From positions 20,570,095-20,634,094 of the forward strand of contig NC_057749.1 of the NCBI RefSeq assembly GCF_004010195.1: a stretch of 64,000 bases of DNA. The letters are read 5' to 3'. Within the stretch, counting starts at the first letter, position 1, and every line of letters begins with the position of its first letter. The DNA comes from Chiloscyllium plagiosum (lineage: Eukaryota). Both the position numbers and the translations under genes were made by a program. Below the pieces are notes generated by a model that worked only from the letters and a program-made list of their open reading frames with translations, ran no database searches and had not been told where the DNA came from. Shown in pieces: positions 24,993 through 36,028 of this stretch.

Positions 24993-27321
24993 GCCATGTA
25001 CAAATTCAAAATAACTAACTCAGTGTCAAAAATTAATTTCTGTTCTAATACATTTTTTCTAAGAAATCTATTGCATGCTCGAGTAACTTCCCTGATGACT
25101 TAGTTTAACAGACAGAATAATGGGTAATAGTTGATATAGTTATCACTAATCACATAGTTTTAACTAAAAGTAGATCTCACATTTGGAGACAGTGCTACTA
25201 ACTGCTGCCCTTGCAAAGCCAACATCTTGCACCTTACATCTCAATGGAACAGTAAATGGTGCAAAACACCTGACTGACAGAGTCTAAATGCGAACAGAAC
25301 TGGAATTTTGGCTCAATGGCCATGAATTGATGTCTGTGTGGAATCCAACCCTTGTAAAAATCCAGTCAAATTCTGGACATGGATTCTGTAAGGTACCTGT
25401 ACCTTTGCCAGTGTTTGATGCACAGGGTACCACTATAGGCTCAACAAATCAGCAATGTCAGGCAGGTAATTCCTCCTAGGGCAAAATGCAAGTGTTGCAC
25501 ACTCTCAGAAGATAATAATTAAATTATGGTCCTGGAGTAATTCAGTCATTTTAATTACACATTCACATGACACAATGAAAATCTCAAATCTCACTTTAAA
25601 ATTCTAGTGACCCGAGTTTGTGGGAACTCTTTCAACATGATGAAGGGTTGTTGCAAATTAATAAGCAATGGGATGTTTCCAGATTTCAGAAATATGCATT
25701 ATTGAAATTATGCTTAACCAGCTTGCCCTCAGTAAACAAAGACCAAAGTCCAACATTAGTCCAATCTTTCCAATTTTGATTCCAATATGCTGTGTTTTTT
25801 TTCTTTGTAAAAGCTGTGAATGTTACACTAGTTTTTCCTCTCACTTCTTAGCTGTGCCCCCACTTTTGGAACTTTTGGGCAAATTCGAGCCATTCTGAAG
25901 AGGTCACCTGGTCTTTATGAGGAGCTTTAGGGTCTCATGCTACACATAACACACAGAGAGCCACTCCCCAAACAGTGCTCCATTGCCTTCTCCATCCACA
26001 AAACATAGCACTCCCTCAGGAATGGGAGAAAAACCAATGGGTCTGCAGTTATGTTCAAACTTCTACTAGGTTAGGTTAGATGGCTCATGCAGGTAAAGGC
26101 GCCAGTACTGACTTAATGGGCCAAAGGGTCTGTTTCTGTGCTGTAAGTCTAAAGTAGCTTTGCCTCCAGTTTAACATCAAAGTGTGATTTTATAGGATTT
26201 GTTACACCTACAGTGATATAATCTTGAACCATCCTCAAATGTCTGTTAAAATACTGCACGACTCATTTTTGAGTAATGCTTTTCGCATTGTGTTATAGGG
26301 GTGCAACGTATGAGCTCTGGACCTTCAAGATGGAAACAAAGTCAGTGAAGTGATTTTTAAGTAGGAGTTTAGTGAGTAACTGTCAGACGTAATTCACCAT
26401 GCCTATGTTATTCACTACAACAAGAGCACTCAAGAGGATGGTCTGAGTGGAATGATGCTGTGCTTCGTCACTAGGGCAACAGGCACACAGAGGAAACAAA
26501 CCCAAAAAGTTACAAAGGAGGAAAAACATTAACCCCAGAGGTTGCCAGCCCAACAAAACACACAAAAGGAAAAGGGTGACAAGAAAGGACATCACCACTG
26601 ATTGCAGAGTTACACTCAGTATACTTACTTCTAAACAAGGGTTGGGTAGACAAGACATTTAAGATAAGCTACTTCAATGTTGTGACTCCATTTTGCATGC
26701 ATATCAAATGTCAATATTTTTTCTTTTAAAAAGGGAGCATTCATTCATTTGGAGTCACTTCATTTGCTTCAAAGATAAAAGCACAGAACCTTTGATTCCC
26801 AATTCTGACAGTCCAACACAAAAGCAGTCGGACATGATTCTGCTCACTTTAATTATAGCTTCTGAGCTACCCAAGACCATGGCGGAGTTTAAGTGGAAGC
26901 TGGCCTGAGACACGCAAGTGCAAAACCACATAACAAGTAAAAACGTGTCACAAATGTTTGAGGGCGTTAAGGGCTGGAGGGTGCAAGAAAGCATCTTTGG
27001 CTTGCTTTCTCTGTGAGGTTCTGCTTGTGCATCGGGTGATAGAAAATATAAAATCTACTGTTCAATACCAGCAAGAAAAAGGAATAAAAGATAGCGTTTT
27101 CAGGATGGTGGTTCCTGAAGCAACACTTATTTCATTTCCATAGAGCTTTACAAGGACAGGGAGAAGCTTGTCTGATAACATTGAATAAGTACCACTTTCC
27201 TTCACTTGTCTACAGGTTGCTGTGTAATGTATCAATGAACGCAAGTTTATCTCAGGAGGTCACCGCATGACTCATTCACGATGGAGATGGATTATTAAGT
27301 CTCCCCTTAGTGTCGGTGCAG

Positions 27322-27813
27322 TCACTGTTCCGATCCTCCATTCTGCTTGGATAGTATAAACCTCATCCCATGAGTCCGTACATGAGCGCTCAACGCCATC
27401 TCACTGTCAAAAACATCTTTGCAGACCTGGCACTGAAGATCGATGTCCTCCTCTGATGTAGTGTTTGACTCCCTGTTGTGTTCATCTTGTCCATTTTCAC
27501 GAACCACATCGGCTGCATGAACCTTCTCAGGTTCCTTGAGTTTGTGGACAATGTAGAGGTGTCTATTCAGAGAGAGTGGAGATGTATAACAGAGCCCACA
27601 CTGGGAACACTGAAAGGTGGAACCATCAGACTTATGCTGAGGTATGTGCTGCCGAAAGTCAGCTTCGCTCTTGGTCATGTAGCCACATATGGAACATCTG
27701 TATTGCTTGAACACTGTGACCTTCAGCTTCTTAGGAAGTGATGCCAAGATGTCGGAACTGGCTAGCTCACCCACTTCTGAGTCACTAGCCATTCGCTTGC
27801 CAGGCAAGTCCTC
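27322..27813 (-). CDS. ZNF592: ZNF592-like last coding exon with stop codon
   Basis: Branch-like CTAAT, pyrimidine tract and TTTGAG|GAG acceptor (exon starts at 27813 or 27810), phase 0. Encodes three C2H2-type fingers (CSICGYMTK...HIPQH; CSQCGLCYTSPLSLNRHLYIVH; CQVCKDVF...HVRTHGMRF) and ends at TGA 27324-27322. Confidence 0.92.
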   Translation of the reverse strand, partial: EDLPGKRMASDSEVGELASSDILASLPKKLKVTVFKQYRCSICGYMTKSEADFRQHIPQHKSDGSTFQCSQCGLCYTSPLSLNRHLYIVHKLKEPEKVHAADVVRENGQDEHNRESNTTSEEDIDLQCQVCKDVFDSEMALSAHVRTHGMRFILSKQNGGSEQ

Positions 27814-28769
27814 CTCAAACAGAAAATAACAATTAGCTTTCTTAAGAACAACATCTCTACATACTTTATTATATAATAAAATGCAATTTCTTTTTGTAAA
27901 TTATTCATTTTTGAGACTTGGACGTCACTAGCCTGCGATTATGAAGATACTCTGACACACATCCAACTGGGTGCTGAGAGACTTCGAAGGGAAATTGAGA
28001 GGTGGTTGTGCACCCAAAGCCCTTATTCTTCTGCTTTGGGAGGTGCTGGCAGAGGGGTCAGGGGCATGTGTCAATGTAGCACAGCCTATAGCTGGTGCAC
28101 ACTGTGGATAGATCACTATATTTCACGATGGCAATGTATAAAAGATAGCTCTTTTTAAAAATGACAAATAAACAAATCCCTCTATTGTTTTGCAAACCTT
28201 TCTATGCTCTTTGATTTTACTTCTTGCTAAAGAACAATTTTTGCACGGTGTTGCATCTTTTTTGGGAACTTCATAACTTTAAATGAAAAGAGGTGTGAAG
28301 ATGCACCACCTTACGCCATGTGCACAGGAGGTGGTCTAATAAAACAATGTGCTTCAACAGGGCGCCGAGAAATCCTAAATTCAGTATCCAAGTGTTCAGA
28401 CTGATAAAAGATCAGTGCTCATCAAGCACTGATAAATTGACATATCCTGTTGATACCTTCTGCATTACTTATACATCAACTGCAACCTATGTCCTTTGAA
28501 TAAAACAAAATCTTGTCAATAGCAATTCAATAGCTGCTTTCAAAGAGGGATGGAAAATCAACCAGAAATGCTGAAATTTGTGGGGCATTGGGAAAATCAT
28601 TGTGTCAGTGGCACTAGATGGCTAGCTCTTTGAAAGAGCCATTATAGACACGACGTGCTGATGGCCTCCAGTGCTGTGTAGCTTTACAAAATAGTGCTGG
28701 TTGAGTGGGATCAATGAATCCTTCATTTCTGAGGCCTCTTCTATAGTTTACTCCCATTGAGGTGTCTAA

Positions 28770-28960
28770 TTGAGAAGTTCACTATTGCTCTTTAGGAAAG
28801 CAAATCTGCTTTCCTTACCCAGTCTGGCCAATAGGTGTCTTCAGACCCATAGCAATAAGGTTGGTTCTGAACTGCTGTCTGATATGACCCAGTAAGCCAC
28901 TTGGTTTCTATGGGAATTAGGGTTGGGGAACAATGCAGGCCTTGCCAGTAGCACCCAGAC
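28770..28960 (+). mobile_element. Old SINE fragment, tentatively MetaSINE-like
   Basis: CTTTAGGAAAGCAAATCTGCTTTCCTTACCCAGTCTGGCC...CAGACCCATAGCAA; homologous to 52050-52405. The family name is from recall only. Confidence 0.5.
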
Positions 28961-29235
28961 CTTGCCAGGCACTTTTAAAAAAAACCCTGCATCGCATGCA
29001 CCAGGAACAACCCTCGAATCCTGGAAACTAGCCCTCGAAAATGAGATAACCGCACCCTATGCTTTACTTCCTGGACCATTCTCACTGCCAATCCTCAAAG
29101 TGCATGAGTAAACAACAGCCCGGTGCTGATTTCCACACCTCCTGTTGAGAGGCATCTCATTCTTGCCTACTTCCTCTCACCTTCCCACTGACGAATCTGC
29201 TATAAGGTGACATCTAGAAATAGGGAGGAGCTCAC

Positions 29236-29371
29236 CACTGTTGTGTCTGTGCGCGTGTGCACAGCTTTTGGCATCTGGCTGAAGTCTGGATTCTTAATGC
29301 CATGCATTAGGTTGATGTGTTTCTCCAGCATGAAGCGCTTAGCAAAAAAGTGCTTTTCATCTGTGCAGTAC
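29236..29371 (-). CDS. ZNF592: ZNF592-like coding exon (penultimate)
   Basis: Acceptor AATATTCTCCAG|G and donor GTG|GTGAGC; 136 nt, phase 2 in and phase 0 out. Encodes (W)YCTDEKHFFAKRFMLEKHINLMHGIKNPDFSQMPKAVHTRTDTTV. Confidence 0.9.
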
Positions 29372-30360
29372 CTGGAGAATATTAACAGGAATTCTGAATA
29401 CATGACTAGCACTGGGCACTTACCAACCACCATCAATAACATGAAGTAGGCAAACCCAATAAAATAGTTCCAATTAAAATCAAAATACCACAGAAGCTGG
29501 AAATCTGAAATAAAAACACACTGCTGTAGAAACTTAGCATCTGTGGGGACAGACACAGAGTTAAGATTCCAAATCAGATTTGGCTTCTTCAGAACAGTTC
29601 CTTACCACCCGAAAGGGAGAGAAAATGTTTCTTAATGAGGTGTCAGCTGAGATGAATAATGAAGTGGAACTGAGGACGAGGACAGTATAGGGAGGGTGTG
29701 AGGTGGTGCTGATGGAGAGAGAGGTTGAGAATGTGCACATAGGACTGCGTGTGGATTTCAGGATATGGCAAGAACAGCTGTCCAGGGAATGCTGTATGTA
29801 TGTCACAGACAGCTGTAATGTTAGGTGGGATATGGTGCCGGACAATCTGATCAGTCAGCAGCTCTGCAGCAGTGATAATAAGCAATCTCTAGACTCTACC
29901 TCTTGAATTTCAGGGAGCTCTCACAACTTCAACTGGGGGAGGAAGGCACTATTTTCTGGAGAATTTAACTAAGGGTTGGGGGATGGAAATGGTGGACAGA
30001 TCTTGTGCTGAAACGCCTGAAATAGAAAACAGGTCGTTGAATGAGGCATTCCTCCATATTTTCACTCGGGTGTAGGGAGAAAGCTGGAAAATGGCACATT
30101 TGGAGAGATAGACACAATGGACCAAATTAACCTCTTTTGTGCGACCACAATTCTGAGAGTTTCCCCTATTCAATTCTTCATGAGGAGGAATAGACATGAG
30201 CACATCTGGTAATCTGAACATGGTGCATTTAGCCATGTACTTGAGTCTCTGTTAAAGCTAGGGGAATAATGACACGTCATATATTACTGCAACAAGCACA
30301 AACTGAACCAAATAAAAAAGATAAATACTGGTGATATATAGAAGATACAACAGAATCTAA

Positions 30361-30921
30361 GGCACAGTGGCTGAGTGGTTAGCACTGCTGCCTCACAGCA
30401 CCAGGGCCTTGGGTTTGATTCCAGTCTCGGACGACTGTCCGTGTGGAGTTTGCACATTCTCCCCGTGTCTATGTGGGTTTTCTCTGGGTGCTCCAGTTTC
30501 TTCCCACAGTCCAAAGATGTGTAAGTCAGGTGAATTGGCTGTGCTACATTGCCTGTAGATTAGAATGGTGCTGGAAAAACACAGCTGGTCAGGCAGCATC
30601 TGAGAAACAGGAAAAATCGACGTTTCGGGCAAAAGCCCTTAACAGGAATCCTGATGAAGGGCTTTTGCCCAAAACGTCGATTTTCCTGCTCCTCAGATGC
30701 TGCCTGACCTGCTGTGCCTTTCCAGCACCATTCTAATCTAGACTCTGGTTTCCAGCATCTGCAGTCATTGTTTTTACTAAATTGCCTGTAGTGTTAGTTA
30801 AATTAGTCAGAGGAAATGGGTCTGGGTGGGTTATGCTTTTGAGGGCTACTCTTTGGAGGGTTGATGTGGACTTGTTGGGCTGAAGGGCCTGTTTCCACAA
30901 GTATGGAATCTAATCTAATCT
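30361..30921 (+). mobile_element. V-SINE interrupted by a palindromic PLE insertion
   Basis: Head at 30361, V-domain to 30558, resuming at 30781 and ending in an (AATCT)n tail. Confidence 0.88.
30559..30780. mobile_element. Palindromic PLE family A terminal-repeat insertion inside a V-SINE
   Basis: Inverted arms at about 30556-30646 and 30649-30740, each with a hammerhead-like core. TSD ATTGCCTGTAG at 30548-30558 and 30781-30791. Confidence 0.85.
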
Positions 30922-31463
30922 ATAAAAAGACAGATTAATGCTTTGCTGTAGAACTGCACCTGAACAGTTAACTTGATTTTACTCAATGCAGATACTACCA
31001 AATCTGCTGTGATTTTGTTTTACATGAAATTTATTCACATGGGGGCTGAGGAATAGCAGGGTTAAACCAGGAAGGAGAGAGAGGAACAAATGGAAGTTCT
31101 ACAGGTTACACACCAGGTTCAATGGCACAATACAGAAATCATAATAAAAACACAAGCTCCGAGTAGCAGAAAGCATAGATTCCTAACCCCTGGTCACTAT
31201 GCAAAGCTCTTATATGGTGGATTTGCATCCCTGACGATTTTAATATCTGGGTCGGGGCACATAATTCTATTATTAATCTAGAAGTGCTCATTTATTATGA
31301 AAATGTATCCAACTGTAAATATAGCCTCCAACTAATGAAATTTAAATACAAAAAGAAAATGCTGGAAAGACTCAGCAGGTTTGGCAGCCCTTTTTAGAAA
31401 CTTGTTTTTACGATGTTTTTAACCCTAGGCCAGCACTGATTGGTCACCCCTTAATTGCTCCTT

Positions 31464-31467
<4 letters not shown>

Positions 31468-31498
<31 letters not shown>
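31468..31498 (+). repeat. (GA)n microsatellite
   Basis: Read directly. Further (GA)n tracts at about 32707-32730 and 39816-39852. Confidence 0.95.
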
Positions 31499-31501
<3 letters not shown>

Positions 31502-34500
31502 TGAGCCAGTCTGTAGTCTCTATGGTGTTTGTGCTGTGAGAAGGGAGTTACAGAATAGTGATGGGATGGAGATGTACTTTCAAGTTGTAATAGTATGAGA
31601 CTTGGAAGGGAGCATGCTGGTAGTGTTGTTTACATAGTCAGTTTGATTTTTGTGAGGTTGTGTGTGTTTGAGACAGTCCCTCCAAATGAGAGTGATGCTT
31701 GCTAACAGCAACAATGTTCCTATACTGTCTTTTAATGGGGACTCTGTGCAGATACCATATGGTTCTGGCTAACCAGGAGAGTCTCCCTCTCTTACTGCCT
31801 GCCGTAGGCTTTTTGGAAGAATTTAAGGATTGACAATAGACTTGTTTGGCCATGCTAAGACATATCTTCTGCATTCTTCAGTTCTGAGGTAGGAACATTA
31901 GGCCCAGAGGCAGTGATGCAACACACCATTTATTGTAAACGTAGATGAAACAATGTAGAATGGAAATATTGAAAAAAATGATGACATGCTAAATAGTTAC
32001 AATAATCCAGATGGTGCAATTTGCAGGGTATGACCACTTGATGGCGCAGAATAGCTATATCCTGGAGCCCTGACTCCTCTGACACACCCAGACTGACACA
32101 TGAAGTTGTGTCAGGTCAGGAAAGCATTCAGCTTGGTTCCACCCGCACAAACATTCTGCTGACATGTACTGTTCTGCCTTGTATATGAGGAACACCCAAC
32201 TTGGGCAAGGTGCTGCAGGGTTGCTGTTGTCTGTGGAGTTGTAAACTTCAAACATTGGCCTCTGCCGCAAAGAAAGGTGGTGAGAAAGGGAAATAGAAAA
32301 ACAAGCAAAACCAAGCACTCAAAGTGGCCGTACAAAATTCTGGGTGATGATTCAGACACTGTACATCCCTTTCAAATACTTTGAGATTGCTGCAGACTCA
32401 CAATTAGACTCACAAATAGAACTGACACAAGATTTGATACCAGAAGTACCATTATATAATGTGCAAGTTGCAGATCTAAATCAGCTGTCAGTCTCTGACT
32501 CTGAAAGCTGTGCTCAATCTCTTCAGGTTTTATAGCAGCCCAGTAAAAGCCAAGTTCTGGGTTTTACAGTTTATATATTGCAGATGTCTGACTGTGTACG
32601 TGGCTGCCCATTTGCTAATGCAGTTGATGTTCTCTTTACTGTTCTGCTGGCTTTCTTACTCATTCACTTGCTTTTCTTAGGCAGTAGGTTTGCTGGGGGG
32701 GGGGGAAGAGAGAGAGAGAGAGAGAGAGAGAAGCAGTTGGAGCACTGAGGGGGGGGAGTGGATGTGCTAGTTATTTGCCCAATGTCATCCATCATCCACC
32801 ACACAAACATTTGGTTGTCTCCGGAATCCTCTGCTGGCTTGATTATCTAAATAGGGTGCATTTAAGAGCAAGTAGAGTTTATAAGAATAGGACAAATGGA
32901 ATGGAGATGCAAGGCTTAATTGAAAGAGCTCAAGGGGGTAAACTGCCTAGTCCCATTCCAGTTTGAGCACGTACACTAGATATATCCTCGGTGCAAATAT
33001 CAATTTAAGATTTTCACAGTTAACTAAATGTGAAAACAGAAATCTCACCAATATTGACCAACCTTAATCAGTATCATGACAGTTTACTATTGTTTCAGTA
33101 TGTTTGGGCAGCTTGCCCATTGTTTAGTGATGACTTTTTCAAAATTCTGAGCTTGTAAAAATTACTGCGATTTTACTGTAAATAATTTGATTTTTTTCAG
33201 ACCATTTAGTTTAGTTCAAACTTTTATTTCAGGTAATGTTTTTCAAGAGATGGATTTGTGAACATGCAAGTTAAATTCAAAAGAGGGCTGCAGTATGTAG
33301 AGTAGAGCAACAACACAAAAGAATTTATAATAATTAACCAAAATGATAACCTTAACAATTTGAAGAAATAACAACAAAGTTAAATGTGGAAAAGTTTAAG
33401 CATGTAACTGCTGGTAATTATTCATTTACAATCACAGCAAATCATTAACAGGTCTAAGATTTTGCTTTGATCTTGAAATGTTTTGGTCTTTATTCCTTTG
33501 ACTTGCCTTTGACATAATGTGTATGTTTACTTACTTTATTTAGGTCAAAAATTACTTTTATAGGAGAGCATCTTTTACATGATGTTGACTTTTGCAATAG
33601 CATAGACAGCTTATAGGTACAGTATCGTCTACCTCAAAACCCAGTGTCTGTAAATCGGACATCATTATAATTATCCATATGTCAATTTTAATGGGAGTGA
33701 AATGGAAACTACAAGTTACCTGGACAATTTGGTCAGGCTCTGCATTGTTGTGGTCTAGCTTCAGCTTTTTCTGCAATGCTCCATGCCTCCCACTGCAAAA
33801 GTGACCCTTGATGCTATCCAACCAGCCCCAATTTGACTGGAATAGCCCTCGGCACAACCACCCATACCCAAATCTGGAAATATCTGAAATTGAGTAAGTC
33901 TTCAATCACGAGGGTGCCAGATTTGAGATACCAACCTATGTACAGTTTTTAAACTTTCTTTTCTTTAAAATAAACTTTGAGATGGACATTTTTAAACAAA
34001 TCCCTTAAGTAAATGTCACCCACCAAATCTATGACCCCTTTCTTTACTTAAGATGAGACTTATTATTCTGCTCTTTATAAACGCGGACTGACCAGCCATA
34101 CGTCTCCAGCATTTTCAGATTTACAGCAACTGCAATCTCAGTTTGCATTACTGCTTTGTTCCACACAGTACCACCTCATGGTTTTAACACAACCTTTAAC
34201 TTCAATGTAAATCTGCATTGTGGCAGTTTCCCTCCGATATTCTCTAGGTGTGGTTTGTTGAGAAAGTCAGAGAATGTTCTGAGTACTCTGGGTCACACCT
34301 TTCGGACTTATAGTGAGAGTGGCTGAATAATTTATAGATATATGACAGAAGAAAAAGTGAGATGCAGACAAAGGGGCATTCAGGACAATTAGATTTTGTC
34401 ATTTTTGTGCCGTGTTTAAGTAACAAAATGAGTAACAACATTGTGCAGTGTTTACATGCAATCAATATATTCCTCAGGATCTACAACTACAGTACACACT

Positions 34501-34549
34501 TATGCTTTTACACTGTATACCTTTTTGGGGATTATTCAATATTTCAAAT

Positions 34550-34830
34550 CAAGTTGAGGCTTTGCCTTTCAGATGCAATGTTAAACTGAGGCCCATTCAA
34601 GTGTGTGTAAAGGACTCTATGACAATATTCAAAGATGAGGAGAAAGTGCTCTGGCCAATATTTATCTTGCAATAAATAGCAGGGGGGGGTCTGAATACAC
34701 TTTAACTACCTCTGGCATCTTGTTAAAGGGCCAACTTGTTGCCAGTTACTATATTCCAGAGATAATTAATTAGCTGGCATATGCTCTAGGGTTACTGAGG
34801 GATGTGAAAAGTTCTATGCAAATACTGGTC
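34550..34830 (+). mobile_element. Old SINE remnant, tentatively DeuSINE (SacSINE1/AmnSINE1-like)
   Basis: CTTTCAGATGCAATGTTAAACTGAGGCCC...GTAAAGGACTCTATGACAATATTCAAAGATGAG...CTGGCCAATATTTATC resembles the recalled Deu domain. A second decayed copy at about 46490-46650 abuts the PLE insertions. Confidence 0.55.
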
Positions 34831-34987
34831 CTTACTTTGCATTAACAACTGAACTAGATTATTACACAGTGTGACTTCATGCGATTAGTATTCTTTGGTG
34901 AGCTAACGTGACATGAGAATTAATTTCATACAGGGGAGGCAAGTTGGATCCATTCACTTGACAAGTCAGGTCTGGTGCATTACTTAC

Positions 34988-35100
34988 CAACAAGTGTAGG
35001 TTCTCTTGACACCATCATGGTTAACTCGGATATGTCTCCGTAGGCTGAGAGAGGAGTTAAAGGAGCGGTCGCACTGTCGACATGGATACCTCTTCATAGA
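34988..35100 (-). CDS. ZNF592: ZNF592-like coding exon (absent from the ORF track)
   Basis: Acceptor ATTTTAACAG| and donor TG|GTAAGT; 113 nt, phase 0 in and phase 2 out. Encodes [37 protein letters not shown](W), one complete C2H2 finger; phases fit both neighbouring exons. Confidence 0.92.
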
Positions 35101-35687
35101 CTGTTAAAATTGAGTGATAGAGAAACAGAAGGAGAGCGGAATAATTATTTTGTCCACATGGGAGTGCAGATGTGATGATGCAAACCTTATTTTGGTGGAC
35201 AGGTCAAACAATCTGGCTATATGAAAGGGCCACATTTCCATTTCCCTGTCTCTGGGGGCCTCTGCAAGCAGCCAGAGAGCGGGAAGCACAAGAGCTGATT
35301 ACCACTTTTTCCAAGAGGAACTGCTGGCGCGGTGCTCCAGAACATCAGTTGAGGTGTGATATGCTGTTGCCCTGATGCGCCAATATCACTGAATGCACAG
35401 CTTCCAAGCTTGCTTTATTTCATTATGTAGCATTATATCAAATTTACAGCCCTGAAACATGCCACTTAACAAGAAAATACCAGCAGTAAAGCTCCACGAG
35501 TGTCCATTCAGCAGTCTACATCTTACCCTATTGTTAGGGCCAATTACTACATTTCTCTCATGTACCTAATTTCTTTCCAACTTCATTAATATTAATATTT
35601 CATTAATATTAATATTCTGATCACTTCCTGCGTAAAGAGGTTTCTCTGGACTTTCCTATTGGTTTTATTACCTTGTGGTTATAAATT

Positions 35688-36028
35688 ATAGAAACCCTAG
35701 TGTGGAAACAGGCCATTTGGCCCAACAAATCCACACTGACCCTCCGAAGAGTAACTCATCCAGACCCATTCCCATACCCTATTGCTCTGGATTTACCCCT
35801 TACTAATGCACCCACCCTACACATTCCCAAACACTACTGCCAATTTAGTATTGCTGATTCACCTAACCTGCACATGTTTGGATTGTAGGGGGAAATCAGA
35901 GCACCCAGAGGAAACCCATACAGACACAGGGAGAATGTGCAAACTTCACAAAGACAGTTGCCTGAGGCTGGAATCAAACCCGGGTTCCTGGCGCTGTAAG
36001 GCAGCAGTGCTAACCACCGTGCCACCCC
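35688..36028 (-). mobile_element. HE1-type V-SINE
   Basis: Head, V-domain and LINE-derived tail all present. Confidence 0.88.

Larger units (their letters stand above)
23025..27321 (-). other. Probable long 3' UTR of the ZNF592-like gene
   Basis: Runs on from the stop codon. AT-rich and nearly repeat-free (one clear SINE) compared with the flanks, ending at a poly(A) signal. The end coordinate is inferred. Confidence 0.6.
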
